In this document: piece after piece, positions 37,514-47,209 of the stretch
Position numbering within the stretch: position 1 is the stretch's first letter
Layout of the letters: the number at the start of each line of letters is the position of its first letter
Assembly: GCA_964361405.1 (NCBI GenBank)
Contig: CAYIAA010000002.1
Location: forward strand, 5,299-69,298
DNA length: 64,000 nt
Direction: 5' to 3'
Origin: an uncultured Candidatus Saccharibacteria bacterium
Lineage (GTDB): Bacteria; Patescibacteriota; Minisyncoccia; Phycocordibacterales; UBA3531
The notes under the pieces: model-generated
Databases searched by the model: none
Told to the model about the DNA's origin: nothing
What the model saw: only the letters and a program-made list of their open reading frames with translations
Program-made: the position numbers and the translations under genes

Positions 37514-37789
37514 ATGTCTGATGAAGGAATAGAGGCCCTAGTGCGTGAAAACCTTGCGTTAAGCCAGGAGAACCACCGCCTCCTTAAAAAGCTCTACAAT
37601 CAAGCGCGTATCTCACGGGCAGTGAAATCTCTGTACTGGCTTTTCATTATCGGATCCGCATTCGGAGCTTACTATTTTCTTCAGCCGTACCTCGAAACGC
37701 TTATGAGCACGTACGAAAAGGCAAACAGCATTCTCGAGGATCCCCGTTCATTTCTTCCCGGAAATGTTATCGATGGAGGGGCTCAGTAA
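37514..37789 (+). CDS. Hypothetical single-TM protein
   Basis: Coiled N-terminus, TM, YYFLQPY; TGcTAGAAT upstream. Confidence 0.7.
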   Translation: MSDEGIEALVRENLALSQENHRLLKKLYNQARISRAVKSLYWLFIIGSAFGAYYFLQPYLETLMSTYEKANSILEDPRSFLPGNVIDGGAQ

Positions 37790-37805
37790 GAGAAACTGTT
37801 TTTTC

Positions 37806-37878
37806 GCTGGGATAGCTCAGTTGGTAGAGCATCTGCCTGAAGAGCAGAGGGTCGGCAGTTCGAGCCTGCCTCCCAGCA
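37806..37878 (+). tRNA. tRNA-Phe(GAA)
   Basis: GCTGGGA/TCCCAGC acceptor, TCTGC-CTGAAGA-GCAGA. Confidence 0.95.
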
Positions 37879-37996
37879 CATTCAGTCCAAGGCCGACCAA
37901 TCTTGGGTTGGGATACATGTAAACTCATTGTGCTACTTTCTATCGGGTCGAAGAGTAACACATTAGTAAGTTATTTATTCTGAATATAGAGAAAAT

Positions 37997-38245
37997 ATGG
38001 AAAAAGAAATAGGCAAGGTTACGCATTGGTACAATAAAATTTCCGTCGCCGTTATCAAGCTCACCGGAGGGCTTAAGACTGGAGACACAATCAAAGTGAA
38101 ACACGGAGAAGAAGAATCTGAAGAGACCGTTTCGTCGATGCAGATTGATCACGAGGCAGTGGAATCTGCTAAAAAAGGAGATGAAGTTGCCGTCAAACTT
38201 TCAGGCGAAGCGCGGGACGGCTCCACAGTTTTCAAAGTTTCATAA
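37997..38245 (+). CDS. Small beta-barrel protein resembling EF-Tu domain 2 / U32 peptidase C-terminus
   Basis: IGKVTHWY.KISVA, L..GD.I, SMQID...VESA..GD. Confidence 0.75.
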   Translation: MEKEIGKVTHWYNKISVAVIKLTGGLKTGDTIKVKHGEEESEETVSSMQIDHEAVESAKKGDEVAVKLSGEARDGSTVFKVS

Positions 38246-38270
38246 TTTCTCGACTACTCACTTTTACGTT

Positions 38271-38313
38271 TTCAAAAACACCTCTCTCTTTTTTTGGCAG
38301 GGGTGTTTTTGAA
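38271..38313. terminator. Hairpin between convergent genes
   Basis: TTCAAAAACACC...GGTGTTTTTGAA. Confidence 0.7.
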
Positions 38314-38333
38314 ATGGGAGGTGACGTATCCGT

Positions 38334-38792
38334 TTAGCTTGATTTAACTCTCACTTTTTGGATTCTTTCTTTGTCTATTTTTGGAAGTCGGATAGTGAGG
38401 AGGCCTTGTTTTTCGGTTGCCTCGGCGCTCTCGGCGTCCACTTCCTGCGGCAAGAGGATACTCCGAGAGAATGATCCCCAGTAGAGCTCTTTGAGGAAAT
38501 AGTCGTTTTCGAGGGCCGTGGTTTCGGCCTGGCGTTTACCTTGAATCGTCACCATCTCTCGCGAAATGGTTATCTGGAGGTCTTCGGGTTTAACGCCGGC
38601 AACCATAGTTTTGACAATGATTGCGTCCGGCGTTTGGTGGACGTCTACCAAGAGTTGTCCTTCGTCGGCCTCGGTTTCCATCCAATCCGTGCGTTTAGAC
38701 GGTTTGCCGCTCGCCCCGAGCACGGTACTATCGTCTTCAATGTGGATGCTTCCTGTGAGTCGTTCGAAAAAAGAGCGTTTGTTCCTCGGCAT
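38334..38792 (-). CDS. Small heat shock protein (Hsp20)
   Basis: VDV.QT, E..WGSFSRSI.LP, GLLTIRLPK. Confidence 0.93.
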   Translation of the reverse strand: MPRNKRSFFERLTGSIHIEDDSTVLGASGKPSKRTDWMETEADEGQLLVDVHQTPDAIIVKTMVAGVKPEDLQITISREMVTIQGKRQAETTALENDYFLKELYWGSFSRSILLPQEVDAESAEATEKQGLLTIRLPKIDKERIQKVRVKSS

Positions 38793-38794
38793 AC

Positions 38795-39526
38795 TTAGGA
38801 GATATGTTTTAAGTGTTTAATTTTTTGAAATACACCAATCAGAATAAAGGTGATGAACCAGAGAAATGCGAACGTGAGAATCGTCACTACCCCTTCACCT
38901 CCTTTCAGTATAAAGAAATTAAATACCGCGTGCAAGAGAATGACACTTCCAAGTCCCGTTGCGATTGCCGTCGTATGTCGCTTTTTCCAGAAGGTGTAGG
39001 CAAGGAACCCTCCGAGGAGTCCGGAACTTACCACATGGAGAAGTGTTGCTCCAACGAAGCGAAGGCTTCCGGAGTAGACGAGGAGATTTACGCCGAAGTG
39101 GAGGGTGAGTCCTCGTTCGACGAAGAGGGCATTTTCGAATGCGGCGAAGCCGAGCGCCGCAGAGATAAGGTAAATCATTGTATCGACCGGCTCGTCGAAA
39201 TCTTTATTGTGGCGGAAGCTTGAGAGGTATGCGGCGGCTAATTTTACGCTCTCTTCCACGGCCGCGAAAGCGAGTAGTGCAGGAAAACTGAAATCAAGGT
39301 TGCCCAGCTGGTTTGTGGCAGAGTATCCCAAGAATTCCGCAATGATGCGCTCTATGAGAAGTGCCACGGGAACGAGGAGTGCTCCGGCAGCAAATGCTTT
39401 GAATATTCTCCGTTTTGGCTCGGGGTGTTTTTCATCTTCGAGGAGCCAGAGAAAAAGCCATATCAGCGCAGGAAGAACACCGCCGAGGAATGCGAATGAA
39501 AATGTCTCGGTGAATGTTTGATGCAT
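38795..39526 (-). CDS. PrsW-family intramembrane metalloprotease
   Basis: HPEP, EESVK, GFAAFEN, LH, LHAVFN. Confidence 0.9.
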   Translation of the reverse strand: MHQTFTETFSFAFLGGVLPALIWLFLWLLEDEKHPEPKRRIFKAFAAGALLVPVALLIERIIAEFLGYSATNQLGNLDFSFPALLAFAAVEESVKLAAAYLSSFRHNKDFDEPVDTMIYLISAALGFAAFENALFVERGLTLHFGVNLLVYSGSLRFVGATLLHVVSSGLLGGFLAYTFWKKRHTTAIATGLGSVILLHAVFNFFILKGGEGVVTILTFAFLWFITFILIGVFQKIKHLKHIS

Positions 39527-39536
39527 AGCGCGCTTG

Positions 39537-41684
39537 TTATGTCTTTGGCCAGGATTCGATCATGAGAAGCCCACTCACGCCGGGTAACATGCTCCAGATT
39601 TCTTCGGTGATGAAGGGCATAAAAGGATGGAGAAGTTTTAATATGTCGGTGAGAATCTGCAAAAGGAGTGCCTGGCGAGAGCGTTTTTCCTCCTTGCTCC
39701 CGTCTTTCAAGATTAGTTTACTTTCCTCGAGAATCGTATCCGCAAAAGTATGCCAGACATAATGATAGAGTTTTTCACCGGCCAGGTAGAAACGGTACTC
39801 GTCAATATCTTTGGTGATATCCTGAACGACTCCACGAAATTCCTCAATCCGTTGTGTATCGTTTTTGGTATACTCGGAAGTAATTCCTTCAGCGGAAGAA
39901 GTGTTTTCGAGAACAAATCGCGCGACATTCCAGAGTTTATTTGCGAAGAGCTTATAACCCCGAATTTTTTCTTCATAGAGGGCAGTCGTCGTGCCGGGAG
40001 TGTTTCCAATAATGAGACCCATGCGGAGCGCATCAGTTCCATACTTTTTAGCGAGTAGGATGGGGTCTATAACATTTCCCTTGCTCTTACTCATTTTTTG
40101 ACCGTCTTTCGCGGTTACAATCCCATGAAGATAGACGATATTGAATGGAACTTTCTTCGTCCGGTAGAGCCCGAGCATAATCATCCGCGCAACCCAGAAA
40201 AAAATAATTTCCCCTGCGGTTTCCATGACCTGGGTCGGGTAGAAGGTTTTGAAATCAGCATTGTCTGGGTATCCAAGGGTCGCAAATGGCCACTGCCCGG
40301 ACGAAAACCATGTGTCGAACGTGTCGGTATCTTTACTCCACTCGCCACCCGAGGGCTCGCCCGTGGGAGCTACGCCCGAGGGTGGCGATTCTCCGACGAA
40401 AATATCGGGCGGTTTTCCTGTCCCTCTCTCTCGATACCATGCAGGGATAGGAATGCCCCAGACGATTTGACGTGAAATATTCCAGTCCTCGATTGAGCGG
40501 AGCCAATGAAGGACTATTTTTTTATAGTGCTCGGGATAAAAGACGATTTCTCCACTCTCAATCGCCCGTATTGCGGGCTCGGCGAGCGGACCCATCGTAA
40601 CGAACCACTGCGGAAGTATGCGCGGCTCAAGCACTCTGCCGCACTTGTAGCAGAGTTTGACGCTGTGTTTGTATGTTACATCAACCTTCTCAAGGAGACC
40701 GGCCTTCTCGAGGTCGGCTACCACTTTCTTTCGCGCTTCGGAGACACTAAGGCCTTCATACTTCCCGCACCGACTGTTCAATTTTCCGTACTGGTCGATG
40801 ACCTCAAGAGTGGGAAGATTGTGCCGCTGTGCCACGTCGAAGTCGTTCGGATCGTGAGCCGGTGTGATTTTCACGACCCCTGTCCCAAATGTAGGGTCGA
40901 CGTAGTCGTCGGCGATGACTTTGAGTTTGACCGGACCAATCAATCCTTGAAACTCAATCTCTTTGCCAACCCATTCTTTATAGCGCTCGTCATTCGGGTT
41001 CACGGCAAGAGCTGTATCGCCGAATTTGGTTTCCGGACGCACGGTGGCGATTGTAAATGGCCCGTAGCGCATATAGTAGAGTGGGTCGGTGCGCTCCTCT
41101 GCTGTCGTTTCGAGTTCAGAGAGGGATGTTTGATGTTTGGTACACCAGTTCACACTCCGTTCTCCACGGTAGGCGAGGCCTTCACGATAGAGTTCCTCGA
41201 AAGTTTTGTAGACGGTTTTTACAATGTCGGGGTCGAGGGTGAACTTCTCGCGGCTCCAGTCGCACGATGCCCCCAGCTGTCGCAATTGATTTTCCATAAA
41301 CGTTTTGTTGGCAAGCGTAAACTCAAGGATCTCCGCACGGAGCTTGTCGGGGTCCATTCCGAAGCGCGTCCGACCTTGTTTTTCCAACTCTTTTTCATAC
41401 ACAACCTGTGTTTCAAATCCCGCGTGGTCGGCTCCCGGGAGCCAGAGCGGTTTTTTCCCCTGCATCCGCTGGTAGCGGATAATCAGATCTTCAATGGCAA
41501 CGAAGACACCGTGGCCTGCGTGGAGCGACCCATTCGCGTTCGGCGGAGGCATGATGATGGTGAACGGTTCCTGGTGCCGCGGGGGGAGTTTGTCGGGGTT
41601 AAAAAAACCGCTCTCTTCCCAGAGTCGGTAGATATTTGGTTCAGTTGTGATGGGGTCGTAGGGTTTCCGGAGACGTTCGTTCAT
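39537..41684 (-). CDS. valS: Valine--tRNA ligase (short form)
   Basis: PPPN, HAGH, GTGVVKITPAHD, DWNISRQ, DTWFSS, KMSKS. Confidence 0.97.
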   Translation of the reverse strand: MNERLRKPYDPITTEPNIYRLWEESGFFNPDKLPPRHQEPFTIIMPPPNANGSLHAGHGVFVAIEDLIIRYQRMQGKKPLWLPGADHAGFETQVVYEKELEKQGRTRFGMDPDKLRAEILEFTLANKTFMENQLRQLGASCDWSREKFTLDPDIVKTVYKTFEELYREGLAYRGERSVNWCTKHQTSLSELETTAEERTDPLYYMRYGPFTIATVRPETKFGDTALAVNPNDERYKEWVGKEIEFQGLIGPVKLKVIADDYVDPTFGTGVVKITPAHDPNDFDVAQRHNLPTLEVIDQYGKLNSRCGKYEGLSVSEARKKVVADLEKAGLLEKVDVTYKHSVKLCYKCGRVLEPRILPQWFVTMGPLAEPAIRAIESGEIVFYPEHYKKIVLHWLRSIEDWNISRQIVWGIPIPAWYRERGTGKPPDIFVGESPPSGVAPTGEPSGGEWSKDTDTFDTWFSSGQWPFATLGYPDNADFKTFYPTQVMETAGEIIFFWVARMIMLGLYRTKKVPFNIVYLHGIVTAKDGQKMSKSKGNVIDPILLAKKYGTDALRMGLIIGNTPGTTTALYEEKIRGYKLFANKLWNVARFVLENTSSAEGITSEYTKNDTQRIEEFRGVVQDITKDIDEYRFYLAGEKLYHYVWHTFADTILEESKLILKDGSKEEKRSRQALLLQILTDILKLLHPFMPFITEEIWSMLPGVSGLLMIESWPKT
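40342..40388. repeat. Palindromic in-frame insertion in valS
   Basis: TCGCCACCC...GGGTGGCGA arms; CCCGAGGG repeated 27 nt apart; encodes SPPSGVAPTGEPSGGE. Confidence 0.65.
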
Positions 41685-41708
41685 CTCGTGATGATAGCAA
41701 AAAAGGTT

Positions 41709-42857
41709 CTAACGTAAAACCAATACGCCGCGGGCTTCGAGCTCTTCCTCCGGCCCTTGCGACTCGCCGCTCTCGCGCCGGAGATATCCAGCCGCCGCGA
41801 TCATAGTAGCGTTGTCGGTTGCGTGAGCGGGTGCAGGAAAGAGAACTGGAATGCCATCTTTTTCAAATTCACGCGCAAAGGTCTCCCGAATGCGGCGGTT
41901 TGCCGAGACTCCGCCGCCAACGATGAGGGTCTTTACATCGTGTCGTCGTGCTGCGATGCGCGTTTTCATAAGGAGAACGTCAGTGACTGCTCGTTCAAAT
42001 TCCTCTGCAATGTCAGCTTTGATTGCATCGGTCAATGTCGGGATTTTCTTAACCGCATAGAGAACGGCGGTTTTGAGTCCCGAGAAAGAAAAGTCGAGGT
42101 TGCCACTCCCCGCCATCGGTCGAGGCAAATGAATGAGAAACTTACCCGTGGCGCTCTCCGCAAGTTTTGAAATCTCCGGGCCGCCGGGATAGGGGAGTCC
42201 TAATATTCGCGCAACTTTGTCGAAGGCTTCCCCCACTGCATCATCCCGTGTCTCACCGAGGAGTACGTATTGGCACCAGCCGTGGAGGAGAACGAGCTCG
42301 GTGTGCCCGCCGCTAATAAGGAGGGCAAGTGCTGGAAATATCACCTGCTCGCCTTCCAGGAGCGCTGAAACGAGATGTCCTTCCATGTGGTTTGTTGGAA
42401 TAATACGTTTTTCCCAGAGGACGGCGAGTGCACGCGCGAAGTTGATGCCAACCCAGAGGGCGGGTTCGAGTCCGGGGCCACGGGTTACGGCAATAGCGTC
42501 GATGTACGGGATAGAGATACGAGCCGTGAAGGAAAGAAGTTGATCGGCAAGACCCTCTTCGCGAGAGAGAATTGTGCGTACCATTTCTTCTCTTTCTTGA
42601 CTTGTTTTGACCCGCTCACCGTTTGGGGGTAGGTTCGCATTTTCCAATGCTTTTTCGAGAAGCCTTACGAGATGTTTCACATGTTCGCGTTTTGCGAGTG
42701 TAGGCACCACGCCGCCGAAGGGGGCATGGGTTTTTGTCTGAGAGAACGTGACCTCCGAGAGTATATGAAATTGCGGACTTAAAAGCCCACCTGATCCTTT
42801 CACGATGGCAATCGCCGTCTCATCACAACTTGTTTCAATGCCGAGAATGATTTTCAT
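41709..42857 (-). CDS. tsaD: tRNA N6-threonylcarbamoyltransferase TsaD
   Basis: GIETSCDET, HMEGH, SGGHT, DDAVGEAFDK, FSFSGLKT, DNA.MI. Confidence 0.97.
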   Translation of the reverse strand: MKIILGIETSCDETAIAIVKGSGGLLSPQFHILSEVTFSQTKTHAPFGGVVPTLAKREHVKHLVRLLEKALENANLPPNGERVKTSQEREEMVRTILSREEGLADQLLSFTARISIPYIDAIAVTRGPGLEPALWVGINFARALAVLWEKRIIPTNHMEGHLVSALLEGEQVIFPALALLISGGHTELVLLHGWCQYVLLGETRDDAVGEAFDKVARILGLPYPGGPEISKLAESATGKFLIHLPRPMAGSGNLDFSFSGLKTAVLYAVKKIPTLTDAIKADIAEEFERAVTDVLLMKTRIAARRHDVKTLIVGGGVSANRRIRETFAREFEKDGIPVLFPAPAHATDNATMIAAAGYLRRESGESQGPEEELEARGVLVLR

Positions 42858-42865
42858 GTGGGATG

Positions 42866-42939
42866 TGAGCCCGGGCCGAGTCGAACGGCCGACCTTTACG
42901 ATGTCAACGTAACGCTCTAACCAACTGAGCTACGGGCTC
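42866..42939 (-). tRNA. tRNA-Val(GAC)
   Basis: GAGCCCG/CGGGCTC acceptor, anticodon loop TTGACAT. Confidence 0.96.
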
Positions 42940-42941
42940 TC

Positions 42942-43013
42942 TGACCCTACCGGGAGTCGAACCCGGATTTACGCCTTGAAAGAGCGCTGTCCTAACCGTT
43001 AGACGATAGGGCC
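42942..43013 (-). tRNA. tRNA-Glu(TTC)
   Basis: GGCCCTA/TAGGGTC acceptor, anticodon loop CTTTCAA. Confidence 0.96.
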
Positions 43014-43074
43014 TTATCGCGAACTATATCCTATTCACGAAGCGCGTACAAATATGGTACGGTTCATTCTGTGA

Positions 43075-43164
43075 GGAGGCGTGGCTGAGAGGTTGAAGGC
43101 GCCACACTCGAAATGTGGTATTCGGGGAACCGGATCGGAGGTTCGAATCCTCCCGCCTCCGCCA
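43075..43164 (+). tRNA. tRNA-Ser(CGA), encoded CCA
   Basis: GGAGGCG/CGCCTCC acceptor, CCACA-CTCGAAA-TGTGG, long variable arm. Confidence 0.96.
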
Positions 43165-43166
43165 AA

Positions 43167-43649
43167 ATGTTAAAAATAAAACCGTTCAAACAAAAACCTT
43201 CATCCTGCGGACCAGCGTCATTAAAAATGGTGCTGGGATATTACGGAGTTACAAAAAGCGAGAAAGAGTTGGGAAGATTATCCGGGTGCACCAAAGCTCA
43301 CGGCACCAAAACCAAAGGCTTGCTTAAAGCTGCCAAGCACTCCGGTTTTACAGGATTCATAAAAGACTTTTCGGACATTAAGGATATACGGCATTACGTA
43401 ACAAAGAAAAAGATACCGGTCATCGTAAACTGGTTTTCGGTAAGCGAAGGGCACTATAGCGTGGTGGCGGGCATAGATAAAGAGAAAATCTATTTAGAAG
43501 ACCCCGAATTCGGACGTATGCGGTCAATGCGACTCAATGATTTCAAGGCCGTCTGGTTTGATTTTTCGTCGCCTTGGCTGAAATCAAAGAGTGATTTGGT
43601 GATACGGAGAATGCCCGTAGTAGTCCCTAAAACGAAAAAGCTTGGTTAG
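43167..43649 (+). CDS. Stand-alone C39-like cysteine peptidase
   Basis: Q....CGPASLKMVL.YYG, GHYSVV, DP..G. Confidence 0.85.
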   Translation: MLKIKPFKQKPSSCGPASLKMVLGYYGVTKSEKELGRLSGCTKAHGTKTKGLLKAAKHSGFTGFIKDFSDIKDIRHYVTKKKIPVIVNWFSVSEGHYSVVAGIDKEKIYLEDPEFGRMRSMRLNDFKAVWFDFSSPWLKSKSDLVIRRMPVVVPKTKKLG

Positions 43650-43727
43650 GGATTTAGAATTGATTTTTATTGCTAGCTTTGCTAGCGTACACAAGGAAAC
43701 TGAAAAACCAAAAACAGAAAGGAGGGT

Positions 43728-44198
43728 TTGGTGGAACTCTTGCAAACACCAGTAGAGGAGCTTTTAAGAAGGCTCTTTCAAGGGTCAGTAGAATGGTTTC
43801 GCTTTTTTGCGAAACACTCCCGTTGCGTTCACGGCAAGACCAGGCGCGCTTTCAAGGTCACAGTCCTCGGAGTCGAATGTCAGTTGGAGAAGTCACTCAT
43901 GTGTCCGGTCTGTACGGAGCGCTATCTCAATGAGTTCAGCACGCTCTGTGCCTCGTGCGAGCGACCCATCTTTCCCGGGACACCCGTGGGGAAGGCGGGG
44001 TGGGAGGGTGCAACTCATCCATTCATTCATTTGACGAAAGGGTGTTGTGACACCATGGCTCTTTATTGTGGACGATGGGGTGGAGGTAACCTTATCACGC
44101 TCCACGAATTGGACCCGGAGAAGTACTTGGCAGGAACGTCATCGGTGGCGGAGCACGCCTTCAAGTCCCACCGTGGGGTTATCGAGAACGTGGACTAG
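43728..44198 (+). CDS. Hypothetical Cys-rich orphan protein (cassette F)
   Basis: AAAGGAGG SD, TTGATT-N17-TAGCGT, CPVC/CASC motifs; start is TTG 43728 or GTG 43731. Confidence 0.7.
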   Translation: MVELLQTPVEELLRRLFQGSVEWFRFFAKHSRCVHGKTRRAFKVTVLGVECQLEKSLMCPVCTERYLNEFSTLCASCERPIFPGTPVGKAGWEGATHPFIHLTKGCCDTMALYCGRWGGGNLITLHELDPEKYLAGTSSVAEHAFKSHRGVIENVD

Positions 44199-44222
44199 TT
44201 ACAGTACCTCGACCCACATCCT

Positions 44223-44263
44223 AAATGGGGGTCATGTCTCAACGACGTGACCCCCATTTCTTT
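44223..44263. terminator. Intrinsic terminator
   Basis: AAATGGGGGTCATGTC-TCAAC-GACGTGACCCCCATTT. Confidence 0.85.
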
Positions 44264-44285
44264 ATGAAAGAATTTTTCCCAACCT

Positions 44286-45458
44286 CTATTTTTTTCCTCT
44301 CCTCAAGAATGCCGGGATTGAAGACCAGTCATCCTCTTCTTTTTCCTTTTCTTTGAGTTCTTTAAGTCCATCTTTTCCGATTCCTATTGGGAGAGTTTTT
44401 GGGGTCTCATGTTTCATCTGGCGCCTTTCAATAGGTGCCTCTTTCTCGATAATGGGGACTTGTTTCACTTCCGGTGTATGAAAAACAGCTTTTTTGAACG
44501 TTCCTTCGGGGAATCCCGACGCAATGGCAGTCACCTTAACCTCTCCTTTTTTCAAGCGGTCGTCATGGATGGTACCGAAGATGATTCTCGCATCTTTATC
44601 AACCGACTCGGTAATAACCTTCGCAGCCTCCTGAATTTCAAACATAGTGAGGTCGTCGCCTCCTGCGATTGCGAAGAGCACTCCACGAGCGCCATCAATC
44701 GAGATATCGAGAAGCGGGGAGTTAATTGCCGCGCGCGCGGCTTCTTCGGCGCGTTTCTCTCCCGTGCCATAGCCGATGCCCATTAAGGCAGACCCGGCAT
44801 TCTGGAGCACCGCTTTAATATCGGCGAAGTCGAGGTTAATGACACCTGGCGTGGTGATGAGGTCGGAGATGCCTTCCACTGCACGGCGGAGAATGTCGTC
44901 GCACATGGCAAACGCACTTTTAGCCGTGGTTTCTCGGTCAACCACGGCGAGCAGGCGGTCGTTCGGTATCACGATGAGCGCATCCACACTTTTCTTCAAC
45001 TCATCGAGCCCTTGCTCGGCGAGATACATGCGCTGGGTACCTTCAAAGAAGAACGGTTTTGTAACAACAGCAATGGTAAGAACTCCGGCTTCCTTCGCGG
45101 TCTTGGCAATCACCGGAGCCGCACCGGTACCGGTTCCACCACCCAAGCCGCACGTAACGAAGACCATGTCGGCCCCCTTGATGATGTCTTGAACTTCCTC
45201 AATCGTTTCTTCGGCGGCGCGCTTCCCGAGTTCCGCATTCATTCCGGTTCCCAGACCTTTGGTCAGATTTTTTCCTATGTGAATTTTCTTTGGTGCGAGG
45301 CAGTGATGAAGATCCTGCGCGTCGGTATTGAGTGCGATGAACTCGACGCCTTTCACTTTCGAGCTCACCATATGCGAGGTGGCATTACAGCCGGAGCCAC
45401 CTACTCCGATTACTTTAATGCGTGCAAAAGTTTCCATTTCCGGGTTGATATTAGGCAT
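44286..45458 (-). CDS. ftsZ: Cell division protein FtsZ
   Basis: GVGG.G.N, NTDAQ, GGGTGTG, NLDFAD, IPAFLR. Confidence 0.98.
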   Translation of the reverse strand: MPNINPEMETFARIKVIGVGGSGCNATSHMVSSKVKGVEFIALNTDAQDLHHCLAPKKIHIGKNLTKGLGTGMNAELGKRAAEETIEEVQDIIKGADMVFVTCGLGGGTGTGAAPVIAKTAKEAGVLTIAVVTKPFFFEGTQRMYLAEQGLDELKKSVDALIVIPNDRLLAVVDRETTAKSAFAMCDDILRRAVEGISDLITTPGVINLDFADIKAVLQNAGSALMGIGYGTGEKRAEEAARAAINSPLLDISIDGARGVLFAIAGGDDLTMFEIQEAAKVITESVDKDARIIFGTIHDDRLKKGEVKVTAIASGFPEGTFKKAVFHTPEVKQVPIIEKEAPIERRQMKHETPKTLPIGIGKDGLKELKEKEKEEDDWSSIPAFLRRGKK

Positions 45459-45566
45459 ATGTAGACTAACCCACTCTCCACTCTGGGCTGTCCAGAAAAC
45501 GTTTTAGCTTTTCTGTCCATCCGTCGAGGAGAAGCGGTATGGGGAGAGGATAGCAGAGAGAGCAGT

Positions 45567-46772
45567 CTATGGCAAGAAGTGACGCGAGAAACTCCGAAGA
45601 GAGTTTGTTATATCGCGCGAGAAGACGGAGAACCCAAAGGAACCACGGGTATTTCGGGGATCAAGTCCGTAGGCTGCGAGCCCGTAGGCAACAGCAAATG
45701 TCGGATCGGAAATAGCGAGACGGCCCGCTCGCGGATCATCGTGCCCCATTGAAACATTCACCGGAAATAGCGTGCGGGTGACGCGCGCGGGGAGGCGGAG
45801 CTCTCGCCGCGCAAATTCGTCTACGCCGGGTATCAAGGCACCTCCGCCGGTGAGTACAATGCCCGCAGGCAAGAGTCCATTTCTTCCGATTTTCTCAAGG
45901 TGTTTTTCAATGAGCTCAAAAATGTCGGAGAGGCGAGCTTCGATGATGTCGTCAATTTTTCTTTTTGCGGGCCCGGATTTTTCTCCGCCACGTTTCAGTT
46001 CTTCCGCGTCTTCAAGCGAGATGCGAAGTCCGAGCGCGATGTCGTTCGTAATCGCTTTTGATCCAACCGGAAATACTGCAGCGGAAACGAGCGAACCGTC
46101 TTCGAAGACGGCAATATGCGTGGTATCTGACCCGATGTCGGCAAGCACGCATCCGACTGCGCGCTGTGGTTTCGTGATAGAGACGAAACTCGATGCGATA
46201 GGTGAGGGGACAAGGTCGCCGTCACGGAGCGTGAGCCCGTGCGATTCAAAGAGATCCTCAAGGTTATCTAAATGCTGGCGGAGATAGGAAAGGAAATGCA
46301 CACGCGCTTCAAGCTTGAGTCCTGTCATCCCGACAGGACTTGCGAAGACGCGTTCACGATCGAGTTTAAATCCAACGGGAATTTCTGAAAGAATAGTTCT
46401 ATTTGCGGCCCCGGGGAGGCGTTCTCGTGCAGCGTCAACGACGCGCGACACATCGTCCTCGGTGATGATATTATCAGCGCGTGAGACGGCGATAGAACTT
46501 TCGAGTACCACCCCGGTAAGGGGAATTCCTCCCACCGCAACCAGAGTACGTCGCGCGCGCACTCCCGTCGTGCGTTCAACCTCTTTTACAAGCCCTTCAA
46601 TAGATTCTCCCGCGTCGTCGGGGTCAGAAATATAGCCTTGTTTAAAGCCAAGAGAGGGTCTTTTCACCACAGCAAGAACTTTCGGAGGTGCATCGCCTTC
46701 CCCCCGCTCAAGCACAACCGCTTTTACGGAACTGTCTCCGGGGTCAATCCCCATGATGATTGAACGTGGCAT
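45567..46772 (-). CDS. ftsA: Cell division protein FtsA
   Basis: GID.G, DIG..TT, ITNDIA.GL, VLTGGGA; lies upstream of ftsZ. Confidence 0.93.
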   Translation of the reverse strand: MPRSIIMGIDPGDSSVKAVVLERGEGDAPPKVLAVVKRPSLGFKQGYISDPDDAGESIEGLVKEVERTTGVRARRTLVAVGGIPLTGVVLESSIAVSRADNIITEDDVSRVVDAARERLPGAANRTILSEIPVGFKLDRERVFASPVGMTGLKLEARVHFLSYLRQHLDNLEDLFESHGLTLRDGDLVPSPIASSFVSITKPQRAVGCVLADIGSDTTHIAVFEDGSLVSAAVFPVGSKAITNDIALGLRISLEDAEELKRGGEKSGPAKRKIDDIIEARLSDIFELIEKHLEKIGRNGLLPAGIVLTGGGALIPGVDEFARRELRLPARVTRTLFPVNVSMGHDDPRAGRLAISDPTFAVAYGLAAYGLDPRNTRGSFGFSVFSRDITNSLRSFSRHFLP

Positions 46773-46837
46773 TGAAAAATAAAGCGCCCGCTATCGAGCC
46801 TTCGCCCTATCACACCCGAGATTACTTCCCAACGGGT

Positions 46838-47209
46838 TTAGACGAACCGACTCATGAGCTCTCGCTCTGTGCGTTCCATTGTACTACCGTGGCGGTATCC
46901 CTTCAAATGAAGGAGTCCGTGGATAAAGAGATATGCGCTCTGACGGCGGGCATTTATCCCGAGTGAGCGTGCCTCACTTTCTGCTTGTTTAAGGTTGAGC
47001 ACCACTTCTCCCATATCTGGAGAAATCGGGAATGAAAGGACATTTGCCGGCTTATTTTTTTTTCGGTAGAGGCGGTTCAATGCCTTCGAGCGCGCATCGC
47101 CGACGAAGACGAGACTCATATCGTAGCCCTTTCCCAGCACACGCTCTGCGATTTCCTGCCATACTACCCGAGGGGGGTGTCTCTTAGTGAGATTTACGAT
47201 TCCAAACAT
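46838..47209 (-). CDS. ybeY: Endoribonuclease YbeY
   Basis: LNR.YR.K..P.NVLSF, HGLLHLKGY.H; start uncertain. Confidence 0.92.
   Translation of the reverse strand: MFGIVNLTKRHPPRVVWQEIAERVLGKGYDMSLVFVGDARSKALNRLYRKKNKPANVLSFPISPDMGEVVLNLKQAESEARSLGINARRQSAYLFIHGLLHLKGYRHGSTMERTERELMSRFV

Noticed and set aside
37885-37915. Possible palindromic element behind tRNA-Phe
   Set aside because: Pairing is weak and there is no copy of the tRNA end
40506-41717. 403-aa ORF antisense to valS
   Set aside because: It lies on the opposite strand of a conserved gene, has no motifs and no start signals; a shadow ORF
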